Assembly (NCBI GenBank): GCA_043228905.1
Contig: JBHGNT010000012.1
Coordinates: forward strand, 16,430,001-16,494,000
Length of the DNA stretch: 64,000 nt
Source: Azolla caroliniana
Lineage: Eukaryota > Plantae > Polypodiophyta
Direction of reading: 5' to 3'
The notes below the pieces were generated by a model. That model saw only the letters and a program-made list of their open reading frames with translations. It was not told the origin of the DNA and did not search any database. Of the stretch, positions 33,846 to 46,906 are shown piece by piece; the stretch's first letter is position 1; each line of letters begins with the position of its first letter. The position numbers and the translations under genes were made by a program.

Positions 33846-36598
33846 GAATGCCGAAGATATTGGATGTTTAAATGCTGATCATCATCGTCATTATGGTCAA
33901 GCGCAACTCCATTAGAACTAGAAGAAGAATCAAGTGTTATACATCACTAGTTCATGGACATGAGGTTTTTCTTCCTCTACTCCCATCTCTCCAGATAGTT
34001 TTGCTTTTTCATTAGTCTATTCTCTGTCTTTCGGTCTCTCTATTCACACTACCTCATTACTCTGTTTCACCAATGTTCTTATCTCTTCATGGGTGATATT
34101 TAGTCCTTTGGCCTTGTGAATTAAGTCATATGGTTTTGTCTATTTCATGAAGCAAAATTGTGAATTTTGTTTCCATATTTTTTCCAAAGTGAAAATTTTG
34201 TTTGTTCCTGGATAGTGCCAGATTGTATTTGATCAATTATATGATATATAAGATTATTTGTTCGATTGATCTAATCTTCATTTAACTATAACCTAAACAC
34301 ATTTTACTTCCATGTTTATCTTTACATTGCGTACTCTATAAAGGAGTTTTTTACTCTGATTGTTTGCTCTCAAGGTTAGCTCTGTGAAATCTCGTGAAGA
34401 AACCCGTTGACGGATTCTTTTTAAAGACTTGTTGGATTTGTACATGAACACCCCTATGTTTTAAGACTATTTTGTATGCATTGGGAAATCACAAGGCGTA
34501 TTTTGGTGATGTTTGTTGTTGAGGGGCAATTTGATCCCCCCCCTTCCCTTTCATAATGATTTACAAAGCTTTTAAACATTATTGTTGCACCTACACACGT
34601 ATGGGACGCATGTACCACTTGAACTAGCCACAACTTAATGGACAGATGTATCATTTGAGCTAGCCATAGAGTTATTGGGCATTATCCTATGTGATGTGTT
34701 TTAAGTCTTAATTGTGCATGAACAACCACGAGTTGGTGGGCCTTAACCTATGTGATGTCGCATGTGTTTTAAGTCTTAATTGTGCACAAACAACCTACGG
34801 TGTTGAAAAACTCAAAAATATGTAGGTAGGTATCCTAGTTTTGGATTAGGTATAAACAAAATGATCTTGGAGACAAATAATTGAGGGAATAAGAAATATG
34901 CATTTGCTCTTTAACTACCTATTTATTATTTAACATAAACTACATGCTTTGTTTTTCTTTTACAAAAATGCCTGTCTTTTGACTAGGCTTCATTCAAAGT
35001 TACTAATACCAACCCTTCTTCGAAATAACACTACTCCAATTTGTTCCGTTTAACACTAATCTAATTCATGTGGTATCATCTTCTTCTATGGTTAAGGCCC
35101 AACTAATCTCAACTATGTTTAAAAAACAAATTAATTAGTGTTAAAAGATCATGACTCAAATTATTGTATCATTATTAAATCAACAAGATTGTCAAGTGTT
35201 ACCTTGGTGTTGACCAAATCCTATCTATAGTTTTATAGAACATTGGGTTATTGGCATAAATTTAAAAAGTAAAAGTACATGGCAATTTTGAGAAGATATA
35301 GGGGTGTTTTGGTGTTTGTTTTCCTTGGATGAGAAAATGATGGGTAACGTTCTAAAAAATATAAAATGGAATGGAATATTTCAAGCAACACCTTGAAGGG
35401 AACATTTTATTCTTCAACAATGACATGGGTTGTTACAAATTCCAAACAATAACTCAAAGCAATACGTTGATGAGTAAATAAAAAGTGTGTATATGTGTGT
35501 GTGTGTATTGAGTACATATTGCCATGCAAAAGTAAAAAAAGTGATGCATCTTTAGAAAGAATCCTTTTGTAACACACCAAGGTTGCTTCATTATTGCATG
35601 GAGTCCATTCTTAATGTTGGATGTGCATTTTTATCAATTATTTTACTAACTAATGTGAGTAGAATCGTCAAAAGGTTCATGCTTCTACCTTAGTTGGAAA
35701 TGAATGTATAAGTAAAATTTCCCTAGAGATCACCTTCTACGTTAATATGGCATGCTGCATAATCAATGGCAGAACTTCATGTTAGCTTGAATTGAACTTG
35801 AATACGACTTGAAATGCCCTTTTCTTAATATTAGAAGTATGTTGACTGACAACCTTGGTTGGGGGTATGTTTCATTTTTTGTGTCAAAGTTGGCAACATG
35901 ACATTGACTTCCATCATAGCCATGTACTCTAAAGTAATCGCCTTGCATGTCGTAACTTTATTCCTAGGATCCAAAAGGCTAAGCCCATGTTAAAGACTAA
36001 AAAGGCCATTTTTGTGCCTTTTTGTCTCTTGCTCATCACTTGTAAGACATACGCTAGAACTTTTCTCTTTATCTGTCTCCCGGTCCTTGTAAACCACATA
36101 ATTAAATTAAATGTATGTAGAAACCACCATTCCATTGTTGCCCTCCCTCTCTACATAGGGAGAGGGACATTCCGGAGTGCCATGAAAAAAAGTTGAGTAA
36201 ACACATGATGAAACAATTCCCACATAAGTATGTATGCCTTTCAACTTTCCGGTGGGTACATTTACTCAATGTGCAACATCAAACATGAATGTACATTTTC
36301 TAATTATGTTGCAACCCACAATATCTTAAGATTGGAATATGATTTCCATCTCATCCATGGGTCCATTTTGCACATAGTGCATAAAGACTCATTGTCTAGG
36401 CATCAAATAACAAGAAGATAAACCTTGCCATATTTCGGATAAGTATTTTGAAATAGCATGTGCAATAGCGCATTGAATGAATAGGAATGTACATTGTTTT
36501 CCAATTGAACATTACAAAAAGAAACATATGCCCGACACAACCCTCTCCGATTGAGTGTTGAGCCTAAATGAAGGGCTCCCCAATTATCACTCTCCACA

Positions 36599-37122
36599 TG
36601 AGAATGCCAAACTAAAAGACCACCCTTATTGTAGAGCCCATTCTTGTCCATCCATCCTTCTTAATGTATCACCCATCTTGTCGAAATGGGAAAAACTGTT
36701 GGGAGCCCATCACAGTGTGTCTTGTATCTACCAATATTTGCACGACTACTTTCATATGACCTGTGTGAGTCGGTCCCCAACAACCTGAGAATGCCAAACC
36801 AAAAGACCACCCTTCTTGTAGAGCCCATTCTCGTCCATCCATCCTTCTCATTATATCACCCCATCTTGTTGAAATGGGAAAAATTGCTAGAGCCCATCAC
36901 ATGTGTCTTGTGTCTACCAATATGATATCTGCACGAGTGCTTCCATATGACTTGAGAATGCCAAACTAAAAGACCATCCTTCTTATAGAGCCCATTCTTG
37001 TCCATCCATCCTTCTTATTATATCACCCATCTTGTCAAAATGGGAAAAAACTGCTAGAGCTCATCACAATGTGTCTTGTGGCTACCGATATGATATCTAC
37101 ACGATTGCTTCCATATGACCTG
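36599..37122. repeat. ~170-190-bp tandem repeat, 3 copies, upstream of the trihelix gene
   Basis: TGAGAATGCCAAAC.AAAAGACCA restarts at about 36599, 36786 and 36952. Confidence 0.85.
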
Positions 37123-38635
37123 CTGCTGCTGGCTCTCACACACATCGTATATTCAAGGCATTTGGGCCAAAGTAGATGAAGAGAAACACCTTTTCTCCCC
37201 CCCTCCTTATGTATACATATAACCTAGAATGCATCATCATTAGACACAAAAGAGAGAGAACCAAACTAAGTGTATGAGAGTGAGCTTTTTTTGTGTGTGT
37301 ATTAGTAGTGAGTAGGTGCAGGGTTCAAATCCATGCCACACCACAAATCAGTAAAAATAGTGTATATGTATATATACACTATATTTCCTTGAATCCTTCC
37401 TTCCATCATCATCACCATCGCCATCGCCATCACCAGAACTCAGGAAACATACAGAAAGAGACAGGAAAGCCGATAAAAGCAAGGCCCCTCCACCGAAATC
37501 TTTATTGCCCAAATTGGGTAACCGTCAAAAACCATAGTTTCTTTCCTTTTCCTTCATCAGATAAAAAGATTATGGCAGGGGTAGGGGTTCATGGGAGCTT
37601 CAGATTAATGGTAAGTGGTAGACATAACTCTCAGTTCTGTTTTTTTAATTTCTGAAGCTTCCTTCTTCTTCTTCTTCTTCTTCTTTCTGTGTGAAATTCT
37701 TCTTACCTTAGAGCTTTTGTTTACCTTCATGAAGTTTTTTCTTCTCTTTTCTGGCTATTTATTTATCTATTTATTTAGGTTTAATGTAAATGGGTCTTTC
37801 CATGACGCAAGTTTCATGTGCATTTCGGCTTTCTGATGCTTCCTTCTTCTTTTTTCTGCTCTCTGAATTTCCATGAAAGTAGCTTCATGTTAAAATGCCC
37901 CGTTTCTTTTACATAATTTTCTTTCCGACGGTGCTTTTTTGCTTTTTCCTTCCTGGGTTCTCATGTAGGGGATGTGTTGGAGGGTTTTAGTGTCTGTTTC
38001 CAGCACACAAGGTTGAATATGGACTCTAGAGTTTTAGGGTCTTCTGTTTCCAGTCACAAGAGGTTGAATAGGGTTTGTTCTTTTTTTAGGGTTTAGCTTT
38101 CTGCTTTTGTAATCGATTGCTTTTTTTTTCTGCATATTTCCTCCTCATCTACACTCTCCTAATTTCCTCTTCTTTTTTCTTTTTCTTGATCATTTGCATA
38201 AGCTGTGCTATGGTTTTCTTTCTACGAGATATGCTTGGATGTTTTTGCAAAGAATTTAGGGTTTTCTTTTCGCAGTCATCTTCTTGAATTTAAGTTTTTT
38301 TTTTTTTGTGGTTTCCATGAATTGTTTTGCTTTGCTTTTCATCACTTAGATAATCTTAGGCTTCTTTCTTCTGACTTGTTCTCTTCTTTTTCTATGATAG
38401 ATGCATGATATGAAGAAAAAAGCGAACAAAACCCTTGTATTAGGGGTTTAAGGAAGTAAAAATCAACAAGAAAAACAGAGCAAAGCACTGTAAAGAAAGA
38501 TTTTGGGTTTCTTGATTAAGGAAGGGAACACACAGAAAATCAGAACAAGGGATCAGGGGAGGATCATCCATCTCCTTTTAGAAAGGAAAAAGAAAGAGAC
38601 AGAGAAAGAGAAAAGAGAAGAAGAAGAAGAAAGCA

Positions 38636-40240
38636 ATGTATGGCTCTGAGAGATACACGCTCCCATTATCACGGCCTTTCCCGGTATACATACCTCGTCC
38701 ATCGACCAATATAGACACAAGCAACAGTATAGATACTGACAGTAGAACACCAGTATTCCCTCAAAGAAGAGGTGGAATCAATGGTGAGCTACTCAATGAT
38801 GAGTACAGCCCATATCACCCGGACCTTTCTTCCACCGAGATCTCGACTGAAAACCACCACCGAAATGAACTGTTGAGCCCCGAGCTCCGGGAGTTCTCGT
38901 GTTTCGGCTCATATACAAGCACCCTTACGGACCCAGGATCGAATATTGTTTCAACCTCATTCATGCCACCCACAGGGGCATCCGTTTCACACTATGTCCC
39001 GATAGTTATACCTAACACAGCACCTGTACCTGTGCCAGTTCCAGTGCCGGAGCCGGAGCCAGAGCCGGAGTCTGAGCTTGGTATCGATTATGAAGGGGTG
39101 AGCTCTCGTGATGAAGAAGACTCTCGGAAACCACCTGAAGAACGACAGAGGAAACGATCCAAGAACTGGACGCGGCCCGAAACTCTAAAACTCATCAGTG
39201 TCAGAAGCAGCATCGACTCCAAGTTCTCGCGCACTGGAAGGAAATCAGAGCTCTGGGACCAAATTGCGGAGGCTCTCCGATGCGATGGATTCTCTCGAGA
39301 TGCCCAGCAATGCAAGGATAAGTGGGAGAAGCTATGTGCTGGCTATAAGGAAGTAGGGGAGGGTACAAGAGAGAAAGAAGACTTCATTTACCATGATGAG
39401 ATTCATTCTATACTGTCAGGTAGATCTAAGAAGAGAGAAAGAGAAAGGGAGACGAGCTTTGAGGCTAACAAGGATAAACAGGGAATGGCTGGTCCAATTG
39501 AAGAATCAGATCTCGATCTTAGTGGAGAGTTTGGGTTCCAAGAAGAAGATTCTCCTCACATTCATAATGCCTTCACAGATATTCATTCCGAGCACACCAT
39601 GAGTGACCAACATCACATTCAAAGGAGCAAAAAGGCAAGCATAGAGTATGTATCTGTGGCCGATATCCCAGCCATCCACAAGCTTATGGACACTTTGCTC
39701 GCAAAGCAACAAGAGTTCTTTGCTGATCTTCTCAATACAATGGAGAAGAGAGATGAGGTCAAGGAGAAACTAAGACAAGAGAGAGAGGATAGGTGGAGAA
39801 CCGAGGAGCTAGAGCAAAGGAAGGTATTCAATAATGCCATGGTTATGCTCATACAAAGGCTGATTGGTGAAGAGAGAGACGATGGAGGGCAGCCGATTCC
39901 TATCGGGGATTCGTGTGATAATACCTTACTTGATGAGCAAGGAATTAAGAAAAGGTCGAGGAATTGGAAGAGATCGGAAGTGTTGCAATTGATTAAGTTG
40001 AGGGTAGAGATGGATAGCAGGTTCACAATGCCAATGAGGAGAGGTCCGTTGTGGGATGAAATATCTGAGATTCTGGGTGCCAAAGGCATTCAAAAAGATG
40101 GAAACCAATGTAGAGAGAAGTGGGATAAGTTGATGATCGAGTTCAAGGATGTGAGTGATGGGACGAGAGACCCAAGTGAAAGCCCTTTCTTTCTCGAGTT
40201 AAAGTCGTTCATCAAGCATTCGAGTCATTGTGATTCGTAA
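38636..40240 (+). CDS. GT-2-type trihelix transcription factor (two Myb/SANT-like trihelix domains and a central coiled coil), intronless CDS, 534 aa
   Basis: KNWTRPETLKLI...LWDQIAEAL...RDAQQCKDKWEKL and RNWKRSEVLQLIKLR...LWDEISE...QCREKWDKL; QEREDRWRTEE coiled coil. Confidence 0.93.
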   Translation: MYGSERYTLPLSRPFPVYIPRPSTNIDTSNSIDTDSRTPVFPQRRGGINGELLNDEYSPYHPDLSSTEISTENHHRNELLSPELREFSCFGSYTSTLTDPGSNIVSTSFMPPTGASVSHYVPIVIPNTAPVPVPVPVPEPEPEPESELGIDYEGVSSRDEEDSRKPPEERQRKRSKNWTRPETLKLISVRSSIDSKFSRTGRKSELWDQIAEALRCDGFSRDAQQCKDKWEKLCAGYKEVGEGTREKEDFIYHDEIHSILSGRSKKRERERETSFEANKDKQGMAGPIEESDLDLSGEFGFQEEDSPHIHNAFTDIHSEHTMSDQHHIQRSKKASIEYVSVADIPAIHKLMDTLLAKQQEFFADLLNTMEKRDEVKEKLRQEREDRWRTEELEQRKVFNNAMVMLIQRLIGEERDDGGQPIPIGDSCDNTLLDEQGIKKRSRNWKRSEVLQLIKLRVEMDSRFTMPMRRGPLWDEISEILGAKGIQKDGNQCREKWDKLMIEFKDVSDGTRDPSESPFFLELKSFIKHSSHCDS

Positions 40241-42794
40241 AACTGTTGATTTTTTTTCACTCTTTTGGGGTTTCGGCATTTTTTTTCTTTGTTTTCTTTC
40301 TTTCTTCGAGTTATGATGACCTTGGTCATCCCATGATCATTAGGGAAAAGGTATGCCTGCATACAAAAGGAGTTAATATACTCTCTCATTTCAGAAATTG
40401 ATTTGAGAAATATCGGAATTTTGTCGCAAAACAATGCCATGATCATTAGGGAAAAGGTATGCCTCTGCATACAAAAGGAGTTAATTTACTCTCATTTCAG
40501 AAATTGACTTGAGAAATATCGGGATTTTGTCGCAAAACAGAAGGTGTTTTGCGACAGTTTTGTTGAAAAGAAAATGAAAATGAAAAAAAAAAATCGTTCA
40601 GCATTTATATAAATGTTTTGTATGCAGTAACAAAGCAATTCTAAATTTTTTTTTTGTTCTTTCCCAAATTGTTTCGTACGTTGTTATGGCCTTGTCTGTA
40701 GGTTTAGTGTCGCAGCACAGAGATGGGAAACCACGATTGATTTCACATGGTGACAGACAGGATTATGGCTTTGTTCATAGATGTCACTGAGTTTATAGAT
40801 GGTTGGATATTAACGACAACTGGATAGTATGGTATGGGTCAGTTGGATGTAATGTATGGTGCATATTCTAATTTGTTAATTCTAATGTATGTTTGTATGT
40901 TTGTATGTATGTATGTATGTATTTATGACGTATGTAATTTTATTCAAGGTTTCTTGAGACACCAAGTTACTTTGATTCTAATGTTTCTTGAGACACCAAG
41001 TTGAAGCTTTTCGATGCAAGCAATAAACTCTCTTCAATCCATATTGTGCAATGGATAATTTTGAAAGCAATGGAACTGAGTGGTGGCTGATATGATCACA
41101 TTAATGGTATATGCTTGGTCTCTAGAGAATATTCGATCGTTTGACCTTCGGCATTGGACGACTAAATGTGTCATGAAGGCTTCCTTTGTATGATAGTCCC
41201 TCCAAGACCAAGAAGCATATTGATTTGTTCTATTAATCATTGGTACTAATTTCAATGCTCTTTTGGTGCGCTTGTTCTTCCGAACATGCAAATGTTGTGA
41301 TATCACTACCGTATCCGGAAAGGCCTCCATAGAAGAGCAATGCCTCCAATGGAAAAGCAAAGAAAATGGTGTTAATGTTTGAAATGGAGATAATTGGGAA
41401 ACGAAAGATGTATAGTTGGATATGACTTAATTGTCAATTTTTCAAATTAGTTTGGTCTAATTTGTGAAGTAAGTCTTTAGTCCAAGAATTCAATTGCATA
41501 CTTTGTTTGGCAAAGGGAAGTTGAATCCCAAAATTAGAGCTATTGTTGCCTTATCTTTTATTATGATAAGCGTAGATGTTACTTGAAGAACCAATGAAAC
41601 AAAAGTGTATGTAACTCTTATCCCGTACAAAACCTAGAATGCATACAATTGATACAGAAGAACAATGGAAAGAGGCATTATGATGAAAACTCAAGTTTTG
41701 TAGAAACACCAACATTAAAGACATTTTGTGACAAAACCTCATGCATTTTTTCCAATGAACCCTATGCTGATGGATATAACAAAGTGTGTAGACCCAAGTA
41801 TCGCTTCACCAGAGAACATAATAAGGATAACAAATTGTTTGCTTGAACAAAAATGTTTACTCAAAATATATGCAAACTAATGAATATGTGGGTTTAATAT
41901 GATAATAAATTAGGATCTGTGAAGATAAGTTGATGAATTAATAGCTAATGAAAGATTACTTTAGTTAGGATTTAGAGTTACACAATTTATCTAGAAAGTG
42001 AGATTAATAGCTGAGCATTGTACTCATATACTATGACTAAGTTCAAAGTCTTAAAAATGTGATATGCCTTAACATGCATATTAAAAGGTTATTGTTTAAG
42101 AAACCAAAACCTAAGTTTAGGATACTTCATTGCTTATATTTTATAGGCTTCATTATAAACGAGTATATCACAATAGGAAAGAAGATTAAGGTGTACAAAC
42201 AGCTCTTTCTTTGATAATGTACATTATAGCTAATGCTTATGACACACATGCATGGGTATGGGTAATGCTATTGCTATTGAACTAAACAATTAACACTACG
42301 TAAATTTATTGAAATATGAACAACAAGATGTTTATAGTATCATCTCCAAGAAGGATCTAATTCTAGTATCCTTATTTCCTATGTATGGGTATGGGTACCT
42401 AACACACTAAACCCTAAACACGAGGTAAACTTAATGATGTATTTGTTTATCCACATAGAAAGTCCGAAATCAAACCTCAAGCACTCATTTCCATTGCTTG
42501 GCCTTTTATATCCCTAGGTTAACAAATCAATCTCAAAAAGGAGCTTTTTGATGTGAAATACAAAACAAACTTTGCCCAAATAATTTCGAATCACTCAAGA
42601 ATGATGTGTATAGGTGTGTGCGCGGCACTTAAAGACATGTTTAAACATAATAATTGATGACAACATAACTATCCCTAAACTCGGTTTTTCATATTCCGCC
42701 GCAAAAGTTTTTACAATAAGAATTTGCATACAATTCTCCTGGATTTTTGAAACCACTTTAAAAAAAAAAACTCGTGGCATATATCAGGAGACAA

Positions 42795-45700
42795 TCAAGC
42801 ACTTAAAACATGTTTAAACAATATAAGCACAGCTGTGCAATTATCCTTGCATTTACGTTCTCGAACTGCTTCTTTCACGAGCCTACGACAAGCCACCCCA
42901 ACTGAAACTCCTTCCTGGAAAAACCAGATTAGTTCTCACATAAACCTGTCCCAGAATGAGATCTATAGAGATCATGAGCCTACTGCATTGGTACTTGTCC
43001 TAAGATCCGTAAGTAATGAGTCTTTTTAACTACCAAGAATCACAAAATGGACACACCTTATTAACAAACATAAATTGAAGATGTAGATAATCGATGAGTT
43101 TGTTTTACTCACTTTTAATTGTGAATCTATGAACTCGACAGCATCGCTTGGACCGAAAACCTAGGAGGATATCATGTGAGAATCAAGAAGAAGATCCATC
43201 CAAAGCGCATTAGTTGAAATGCACATTTATGCCTCAAAACAAAAAAAAAAACACCCATTTCGAAGTGCTTAAAAAGTTATGATCTTCTTGTTACCCCCCA
43301 AAGTCCATCACAACCCAATATCATAAATCGCTCCTTTTCCGTTAGCTCAAAGCTACTCACATCTGGCACTGCACTCACCCCCACCTACAAGAGTAAAAAT
43401 AAAAAGAGAGTCAATGCATCGCAAGGGGAATCTCTGGTTTAAAACATCAATAAATAAACAAGCTTTACTTCAAAGTGTGAGAGAAAGTTGGCCTAGTGGC
43501 TCAGGCCCTTGAGAACTATATATAATCCATAGACCAAGAGTTCAAATCCCATGCTCACTCCCCCCCAGTGAGTGAGAAAAAACAATCAATAATAAAATAT
43601 AATTATAAAATGGCCAATTACTTAACTACCCAAAATATATGGACCATTTTCGGTATTTCCTAAATTCTTCTCTATATAATTCCCAGGCCCACACCCCCCT
43701 AGTTAGCGAAAAAAGACAAAATAAAAATGAAATGTAGTGACATACAATAACAATAATTTAAAAACCTTCTTGAACTGGCGGTCACCAAAGGCTCTTGACA
43801 CCTCTAGTCGACCGAGCAAACGCCCATTTTCTCCGACATATCCTCCCGCCTAATCCATCCTCACATCAACATGCAATTGAAAACTCATGATGCTTCCTTC
43901 AATTTTAGAAAAACATAAGAGCAATAATGGCTAAATAACTACCATAATGGCTACCTTCTCTATCCGAGCTCTCTCCAATGGAAAAATAGCTTTATGTTCC
44001 CTTGTTACAGTCACACCTTTCAAAGGCAAACCTTGATTTTTCGCCTCATCTCTTCCTAAATCACCTTGAGGTTTCGCATCACTTGTGCTAGTGGGATTTG
44101 AGATTCTTCCTAAAACAGCTTTTGCATCGCCAATGTTGGCAACGAAAACCTTTATATTGATGAAGAAAAATCAAGCATGTCAAATCAATGAGAATGTCTA
44201 CAAAAGCTTCTCCAAGGAGAGGAATTTAGAAAAATTAAAAATCCTACCGTATTGCCAAGAATCCATACACAAACAGCCGTTGCTCCATCTTGCCATCCAC
44301 CTAAAACACACACATCTCCATCTTCTTTCTATTGTAGAAGTATTGAATTACACAGCACACAGAGTCTCTTTTTCCTTTCCTCATAATAAAAGGTATTGTA
44401 TTATTCAATACAAGATTATACTCAAAACTACATGGCCCCATGACCACTGCAGGTTCTTCACGAACCATCAAGCAAAAACAAAACCAAAAACAATGGATTT
44501 GTCACACAGGTAACAAGATGTGACTTAAAAGAGGCCAATAATTACCATGTTGTGCATAGAAATTGAACTCATTTTTACTTTCATCAATTATGCTACAACC
44601 CCTAGTTTGCCAGAAATCAAAGACAGTTATACTCTCAAGAATGGTATCAAATTCTTCACTTGTGCAACAAATCCATTTAAAATGGAGACAAAGACACTCC
44701 GGTTAGGAATGACCAAATAGTGGGATCAGTATGTAAATACATGCCAAGCTACCAGACGATGATGAAACCTGTCATTGTTATATCTTCTGAGGAGACCCCA
44801 CCGAAAAGCACACACCATTGGAAGTATGCCATTTTCTACATTTCCCATGATTATAACATTTCTTTGATCCCATTGGCCTGTTTAGAGACAATTCATTAAC
44901 GTAAAGGACATACAAGAACATACAGAGGAGGTAAATGCAATGCTGAGCCAAAAGAGCAGTTATAGATTCATCATCAACCAGAATAAATAACCTAGATTGG
45001 TTCCTATTTGCAGGGAAAAAGAAAATCACTAATGAAAATATGTATAATCAATTTTTTTTAAATGACAATATCTGGGCCAAAGTTATCAAATTCAACCACT
45101 TTAAACAGCATAATGTGCAGCAATATTACAAAGCAATTAGTTTCTTTTTCCAGTTAAAAAAAAGTTTACCTGAAAGACTCTCTCGCAAAAGGGCTTCATC
45201 GGTACGCTTGAACCCTGGAAAGAGGCAGAAAACATACATTCTCGTTTTAATGATTGTGTAATCTTACAATGGAAACCGTCTCCAACTTAAGTAAAGCATA
45301 ATATTTCCTTTCATGAAAAGAAGCAAATACCGTCTACAATAGCTTTTTTTGCTGCCTTGATATTTACCTGCAGTAAACGTTGGTGCATGCCAAACAAATG
45401 TTTAATACAAGACAGAACACTTTTTTAACGAAAAACTCATTTAATATATACAAACGCTAAAGATCAAAACCTTTCCTGAAGAGATTACCAACTCACGAGG
45501 TAATCCAGATGAAACTATATTGGAATGTAGATGGGCACGTGCAAAATCAGCAGCTTGTCTACCACCATGTCCATCATAAATTGCAAAGTGAGCACACCTG
45601 ATGAAACCAAAGAAAATTCATATAAAATTGTCTACACAAACGAGTCATAGTAATTGCGGATTATGTGTTTCTAACTTGCTGGTAGAAAGAAGTTTCTAGA

Positions 45701-46906
45701 AACAAATTGTAAATTAACCCAAAATAACTTTACAACACAAGAAGCCATAGTATGTGTTCCTAGAAAGTCTCTAAAGTGAAGTGGCTTTTAGATACTACAT
45801 TATGCATCTCCAAAGAGAGCCCTTATGGCTTTGTATATATGTTTGCTATTAATTGGAGACACACAGGAAAATTTAGATTCTTAAATTTCCTGTTTGTGAA
45901 ACATAGAGCATCCATTAGACATGGATGATATGTAGAAAAGCCTCCACCCACACATGATCATCAGAGCTGAATTGACCGCACAACCCAACATGGTAGGACC
46001 AACCGGATCCGAACCATGCCACCTCAAAGAATTATTTCAACATCAAAGGCAATGAATCTCATAGGTGATGAAGTGGTTCAGACAATGAATCTCATCAACT
46101 GGATTACAACCATGCCACCTCAAAGAACTATTTGTATGGTGTTCGAAGCATCAAAGCTCTGGCTAAATTTTACCATCTTTCAGCTAAACATTTCTTCATA
46201 GGGTTAGCATTACCATCATGGTTAAGTTTCTTATCTCTGTTTTCCAGTAGGAATGTGGTCTGGAATATTAGGAAATATTAGGAAATGCTATGATTCATAT
46301 GAGATTAGTGCTAAATGCATACCAACTTATCGGATTAAAGATAGGTTTAAGTTTCTTACCTGAGTTTCCCCAAAAGGAATGTAGCATGGAATATTAAAAC
46401 TATACCACAAACTCATAGGAATTTAGAATAAATTCTATACAGATGAATAGGTTCTAAGATTAGGGTAAAGTTTCTGACTTCAGTTTTACAGCTGAAATGT
46501 AGTAGGATTTTTTAAATAAAAAGCTCATAGGAATTTAGTAAAAAATTCATACAGTTTCATGGTTTTAGGATTCGGTTAGGATTAGGGTTCCTTACCTTAG
46601 TTTTCCATGGCCACAAGCATCATCACGAGGGAGAACCACCCAAGCATCTTCCATAGTTTGTCTTAATCCTCTATCTTCTGCAGCCTCAGCTTCAATCTCA
46701 ACTATGCCTCTTTCTCTCTCTTCCCTTTGACTTATTTCACTACTTATAACCCTAAGATCTGGACCTTTCTCTGTTCCTGTTCCTGTTTCTGTCTCTCTCT
46801 CTTCCGATTCGAGCCCATTGGATCTTTTCAGAGGAGACCCATTTCCATCTACTTTGCTGAGCTCTTCATCGATCTTTGTACGCTTTGCAGGTGACTCCAT
46901 AGCCAT
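42795..46906 (-). CDS. Protein phosphatase 2C, ILKAP-like, 10 exons, 363 aa
   Basis: Exons 46906-46596, 45597-45489, 45367-45331, 45214-45170, 44300-44248, 44149-43955, 43849-43766, 43384-43295, 43160-43113, 42914-42795. Motifs RQTMEDA, IYDGHGG, DGATAV, VANIGDAKA, LEVSRAFGD, LGCDGLWG, CKDNCTA. Confidence 0.93.
43487..43566 (+). mobile_element. Short tRNA-derived SINE-like element in a PP2C intron
   Basis: A box TGGCCTAGTGG (43489), B box AGTTCAAATCC (43539); imperfect flanking direct repeats AGTGTGAGAGAAA / AGTGAGTGAGAAA. Confidence 0.5.

Noticed and set aside
34700-36590. Short ORFs in AT-rich intergenic DNA
   Set aside because: No convincing motifs; probably decayed TE sequence that cannot be classified by eye.
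41034-41360. 108-aa minus-strand ORF between convergent genes
   Set aside because: No recognisable domain or splice context; the PP2C CDS already ends at 42795.
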